From positions 142 through 64,141 of the forward strand of contig DASXHQ010000125.1 of NCBI GenBank assembly GCA_036488415.1: 64,000 nt of DNA. Reading direction: 5' to 3'. The position numbers and the translations under genes are program-made. This document shows positions 60,717 through 64,000 of this stretch, piece after piece. Position 1 is the stretch's first letter, and each line of letters starts with the position of its first letter. Source of the stretch: Rhizomicrobium sp. Its GTDB lineage: Bacteria > Pseudomonadota > Alphaproteobacteria > Micropepsales > Micropepsaceae. Under the pieces are notes generated by a model, which saw nothing but the letters and a program-made list of their open reading frames with translations, did not search any database and was not told where the DNA came from.

Positions 60717-61235
60717 ATGAGAAAGTCCACAATCGCCCTGATGGCCGGCGCCCTCGCGCTGGCGGGCACCGCGGCGTTCGCCGCAAACAGCGATGTTCAC
60801 CACATGACCGTGCGTCTGGCCGACGGCAGCGTGGCGAAGATCGAATATACCGGTGATGTCGCGCCGAAAATCAGTCTCGCCGCGCCTCGGCCGATGTCGT
60901 TGGCGGCATTCGCGCCGCAATTCGGCTTTGCGCCCTTCGCCAATTTTCAGCAGATCGATGCGATGATGGATGCGCAGATGCGCGCCATGCAGAGCCAGAT
61001 CAATGCGATGATGGCGATGCCGCCCGGATTCAATATCGGCTCCAACGCGCCCATCGAAGCCGCCTTCGGCAAGATGGCGCCAGGTGCGCATTTCTGCGCC
61101 CAGTCGGTCAGCATCACCACCGATGCGAATGGCAAGCAGAATATCGAGCGCAAGACGGCTGGCGATTGCGGCGGCGGTTCTGTCGCGGCGCCAGCTGAAC
61201 ATGCCGCGCTGCAGCATCACGGCAACACGATCTGA
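60717..61235 (+). CDS. secreted hypothetical protein
   Basis: Signal peptide MRKSTIALMAGALALAGTAAFA, followed by a Met/Ala/Gln-rich segment. Confidence 0.5.
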   Translation: MRKSTIALMAGALALAGTAAFAANSDVHHMTVRLADGSVAKIEYTGDVAPKISLAAPRPMSLAAFAPQFGFAPFANFQQIDAMMDAQMRAMQSQINAMMAMPPGFNIGSNAPIEAAFGKMAPGAHFCAQSVSITTDANGKQNIERKTAGDCGGGSVAAPAEHAALQHHGNTI

Positions 61236-61380
61236 CGGGAACGTCACCGGCGTTCGATAAAGGGGGTGCCTATCCGGCGCCGCCTTTTTCGATTCCATCC
61301 TGCGGAACCGGAACATTCGCGCGAAACCGCGCGGCGGGTTCCCGCGTTCGTTGCGGAAGGGGTGGATCAGGAGACTTGCT

Positions 61381-61656
61381 ATGAAGAAGAGCATTACCAG
61401 GGCAGCACTCGCCGGGTTGCTTGGCCTCGGCGGCTTGGCATTAGCGGCTACCAGTGCGTCCGCCTATATCGTCTGCAACGATGATGGCGAGTGCTGGCAC
61501 GTACACGACCAGTACACTTACCCCACGGGCTTCGGAATCGTGGTGCATGACGACAGCTGGAAGTGGGACGCGGATCATGATGCGCGCGTTCACTGGCGCT
61601 GGCATGAACACGAAGGCCGTGGCTACTGGCGCAACGGCGTCTGGGTCACGTTCTAA
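61381..61656 (+). CDS. small secreted hypothetical protein
   Basis: Signal peptide MKKSITRAALAGLLGLGGLALAATSASA, then a His/Trp/Asp-rich mature part. Followed by a strong terminator. Confidence 0.5.
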   Translation: MKKSITRAALAGLLGLGGLALAATSASAYIVCNDDGECWHVHDQYTYPTGFGIVVHDDSWKWDADHDARVHWRWHEHEGRGYWRNGVWVTF

Positions 61657-61671
61657 AAGGCGTGATTGAAA

Positions 61672-61700
61672 AGGCGGTTCTTCGGAACCGCCTTTTTTTT
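61672..61700 (+). terminator. rho-independent terminator
   Basis: AGGCGGTTC-ttcg-GAACCGCCT followed by TTTTTTT. Confidence 0.8.
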
Positions 61701-62199
61701 GACCGCTGGAACGCTGCTTTTCTCGAAAAATATTCTCCCCCGGATAGGAATATACTTGACACTGGATGGGCTCGTCTTTATATTTGGACAAAACGGGAAC
61801 ATACTAATGGATTTCCAGCAATTCCAGCAAATTTCGAGAGAAGAGTATTTTCGGCCCGCCACGCGCGCGATGCCCTTTTCGAGGGGCCAAAAGTCGAAAA
61901 CAAGTGGTGGTAGGTCTACGGTCCTCGTACCACAAGGCGCGATTTCGAGAGGGCAAATCTCAAACACAAATAGTGGTGGTGCGCTCTCTGCGGCACCACA
62001 AAAGAAACGGGGGCGAGGCGCGCCGAAGGGCAATCGCCATGCCGTAAAGACCGGGTGTCACACCGCGAAGATGCGCGCGCTGCGCGCGGCCGCCGGACTG
62101 CACCTGCAACAGCTTAGGATGGCGACGAATATGATTCGCCTCGAGGCCGCTCAGATCGAGCGACGCACGGCGGAGATGAAGCGCGACGCCGCAATACAG

Positions 62200-62874
62200 T
62201 TAGCCCTGCGCAATCCGGCGCAGACCCGCCAGATCGCGCAGTTCCACTCCCGCATAGCCAGGGCGGACAACGCCGCGCTTGGCGAGAGCCGTCAGATGCG
62301 CATTCGCGGTTTTTCGCGAAAGCCCGGTAAGCTCGGCAAGCTGGTGTTGCGTGACCTGCACGGCCGCGCCGTTTCGGGCTTCGGCGCCTGCGAGGAAGAG
62401 GAGCCTTGCCGCGATGCGCGCGCGAGGCGTCAGGTGAATCATATTCACGGCCAGTGCCGCGGCGCCGGCAAGCTGTTCGTAGAGCAGCGCGGTGATGTGG
62501 CGCGCAGTGTCGAGATGGCTGCGGCCAATCTCGCGGAGCGCATGATCGGGAACGAAGAGCAGCAGCGAATCCTCATTCGCCAGCGCGGTGACGATGCGTG
62601 GCCCCAGCGCCTGGCTGAACACGCGGCCGGCCGGCGCGATGTCGATCAACACGTCCTCGCCCGCGATGGTGCTCACCATCATGTCCACGCTGCCGCGCAG
62701 CACCGCGTAGAGCCCGGTGATCTCGTCGCCAGCGCCATAGACCCATTGCCCGCGTGCCACTTCGACGACGCGTCCCTTCTCGGCGAGGGCGGATTGGATC
62801 GCGGCGGGCAGGGCAGCGAACCAGCCGTTCCGCTGCAAAACGTCCAGAATTCCGACTTTTGTGGGCGTTCCCAT
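62200..62874 (-). CDS. Crp/Fnr-family transcriptional regulator
   Basis: cNMP-binding-like N-domain and C-terminal HTH (HQLAELTGLSRKTANAHLTAL). Start set at the ATG at 62874 (MGTPTKVGIL...). The longer ORF would collide with the divergent tauD-like start. Confidence 0.7.
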   Translation of the reverse strand: MGTPTKVGILDVLQRNGWFAALPAAIQSALAEKGRVVEVARGQWVYGAGDEITGLYAVLRGSVDMMVSTIAGEDVLIDIAPAGRVFSQALGPRIVTALANEDSLLLFVPDHALREIGRSHLDTARHITALLYEQLAGAAALAVNMIHLTPRARIAARLLFLAGAEARNGAAVQVTQHQLAELTGLSRKTANAHLTALAKRGVVRPGYAGVELRDLAGLRRIAQG

Positions 62875-62956
62875 CGGGTCCAAGACTGTAACGATCGTGA
62901 CAATCCTGTCCAGCCGCCACGCGTAGCCTTCCTCTGTAAGAACATCGGAGGACGCC

Positions 62957-63802
62957 ATGAACGCCCACAGCAAGATCGAAGGCCTTACAATCAATCCGCT
63001 GCCCAATTGCGGCGCGGAAGTTTTGGGCGTCGACCTCAACAATCTCAACGACGGCGAATTCGCGGCGATCCGTAAGGCCTATTCCGATTACGGCGTCATC
63101 TTCTTCCGCGATCAGACGCTGAGCGAAGACCAGCACATCGCGTTCGCCAAACGCTTCGGCGAGATCGACATCAACAAGTTCTTCCCGCATATCGACGGCT
63201 ATCGCGAGATCGCGAAGGTGGTGAAAGAGAAAGAGCAGAAGACCAATATCGGCGGCGGCTGGCACACCGATCATTCCTATGACGAGATTCCGGCGATGGG
63301 CTCCATCCTCGTCGCCCGCATTCTGCCTCCGTCAGGCGGCGACACGCTTTTCGCCAATATGTATGCGGCCTACGAGGCGCTGGATGACGAGACGAAGGCG
63401 AAGATCGCGAAGCTGAACGCCGTTCATTCCAACAGTCACATCTTCGGCTCGAAGGCGTATTACAACAACGAAGAGCGCCAGGAATTCGCCAAGGACGAAG
63501 CGGTCGGCGAGGCGGTGCATCCGGTGGTCATCACCCATCCGCTATCGGGCAAGAAGGCGCTCTATGTGAATCCCGGTTTCGTGCTGCGCTTCGAAGGCCA
63601 GACGCAGGAAGAAAGCCAGCCGCTACTCCACAAACTCTTCGCCCATGCCATGAAGCCTGGGTTTCACACCCGCTTCCAGTGGAAGCCCGGCTCCATCGCC
63701 TTCTGGGACAACCGCGCCACCTGGCACTTCGCGCTCAACGACTATCACGGCCACAACCGCCTGATGCACCGGATCACGATTGCAGGGTGCGCGCTCAGTT
63801 AA
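62957..63802 (+). CDS. TauD/TfdA-family Fe(II)/2-oxoglutarate dioxygenase
   Basis: 281 aa with the WHTDHSY (HxD) motif, ...GDTLFANMYAAYEAL..., ...HPVVITHP.., ..WDNRATWH.. Confidence 0.85.
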   Translation: MNAHSKIEGLTINPLPNCGAEVLGVDLNNLNDGEFAAIRKAYSDYGVIFFRDQTLSEDQHIAFAKRFGEIDINKFFPHIDGYREIAKVVKEKEQKTNIGGGWHTDHSYDEIPAMGSILVARILPPSGGDTLFANMYAAYEALDDETKAKIAKLNAVHSNSHIFGSKAYYNNEERQEFAKDEAVGEAVHPVVITHPLSGKKALYVNPGFVLRFEGQTQEESQPLLHKLFAHAMKPGFHTRFQWKPGSIAFWDNRATWHFALNDYHGHNRLMHRITIAGCALS

Positions 63803-63810
63803 TCCAACCC

Positions 63811-63897
63811 GTCATGGCCGGGCTTGTCCCGGCCATCCATTAACTCAGGCCATGGGCCTCTGGAAAATGGATGGCCGCCACGAGGGCGGCCATGACG
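63811..63897. repeat. 87-bp composite REP-like element, inverted copy
   Basis: The reverse complement matches 59501-59587 exactly over the first 42 nt and, apart from one base, over the last 31 nt. Only the central roughly 14 nt differ. Confidence 0.8.
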
Positions 63898-64000
63898 TGT
63901 TGTGATCGGTGTATTCTATGGCTTCACGAATTTATAGACGAACTGATCCGTATGTCCGCGGATCGACTTGTCGAACACCAGTTTGCTGTGATCGTCCGCC

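Noticed and set aside
61666-63075. 469-aa plus-strand ORF spanning the spacer and the Crp-like gene
   Set aside because: It covers an intergenic repeat region and then runs antisense to a Crp/Fnr regulator with a clear HTH. The product is Arg/Ala/Gln-rich.

Overview
GC-rich chromosomal segment that looks alphaproteobacterial (Rhizobiales-like). That guess rests only on gene content and REP-type repeats, and nothing here was searched against a database. All calls come from reading the ORF translations and the DNA by eye.

Core left flank (1-7.6 kb): purH, a DUF2905 gene, the biotin genes (bioB-bioA on the minus strand, bioF-bioD on the plus strand), a YkgJ-type Cys-cluster protein and a GST.

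Island (7623-44826, about 37.2 kb): an integrative mobilizable element sits in the anticodon loop of a tRNA-Leu(CAA) gene. The 5' tRNA half is at 7584-7622 and the 3' half at 44827-44872, with a 10-bp direct repeat AGACTCAAAA at both junctions. The split gene is not reconstituted. The island carries its own intact but non-identical tRNA-Leu(CAA) at 9159-9243, just after the tyrosine integrase.

Island backbone: integrase, VirD4/TraG-like coupling protein, MobC, a MOBQ-like relaxase, DUF2958 and an XRE regulator. No mating-pore genes were seen. An IS110-family transposase and AT-richer cargo patches are also present.

Distal half of the island (25.8-44.4 kb): this looks like a defence island with three parts.
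1. A tight four-gene operon at 26487-33435. It encodes an RloC/PrrC-like AAA_13 ABC ATPase with a CxxC hook, a gamma-glutamylcyclotransferase-like protein, a GHKL ATPase fused to an HExxH zincin, and a 763-aa helical protein with two HEPN-like R[ND]xxGAH motifs. I cannot match this combination to any named system, and it is my top candidate for a new system.
2. A convergent 1455-aa HNH-NACHT-HEAT STAND protein.
3. A cluster with a frameshifted Fic gene preceded by four 24-bp iterons, two further Rx4H (HEPN-like) proteins and a possible PD-(D/E)xK protein.

Core right flank (44.9-64 kb): DUF1272, rlmJ, tRNA-Ser(CGA), PAP2, PrsW-like protease, a 1001-aa secreted HExxH/beta-propeller protein, a membrane-anchored protein made of roughly 44 tandem 21-bp (heptad AAKSAAD) repeats, Crp/Fnr regulators, yaiI, a class IV aminotransferase, GNAT, AraC, a di-iron oxygenase-like protein, TauD, and 87-bp composite REP-like elements.

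No rRNA genes or CRISPR arrays were seen. Many long ORFs in the track are antisense shadow ORFs typical of high-GC DNA and were rejected.
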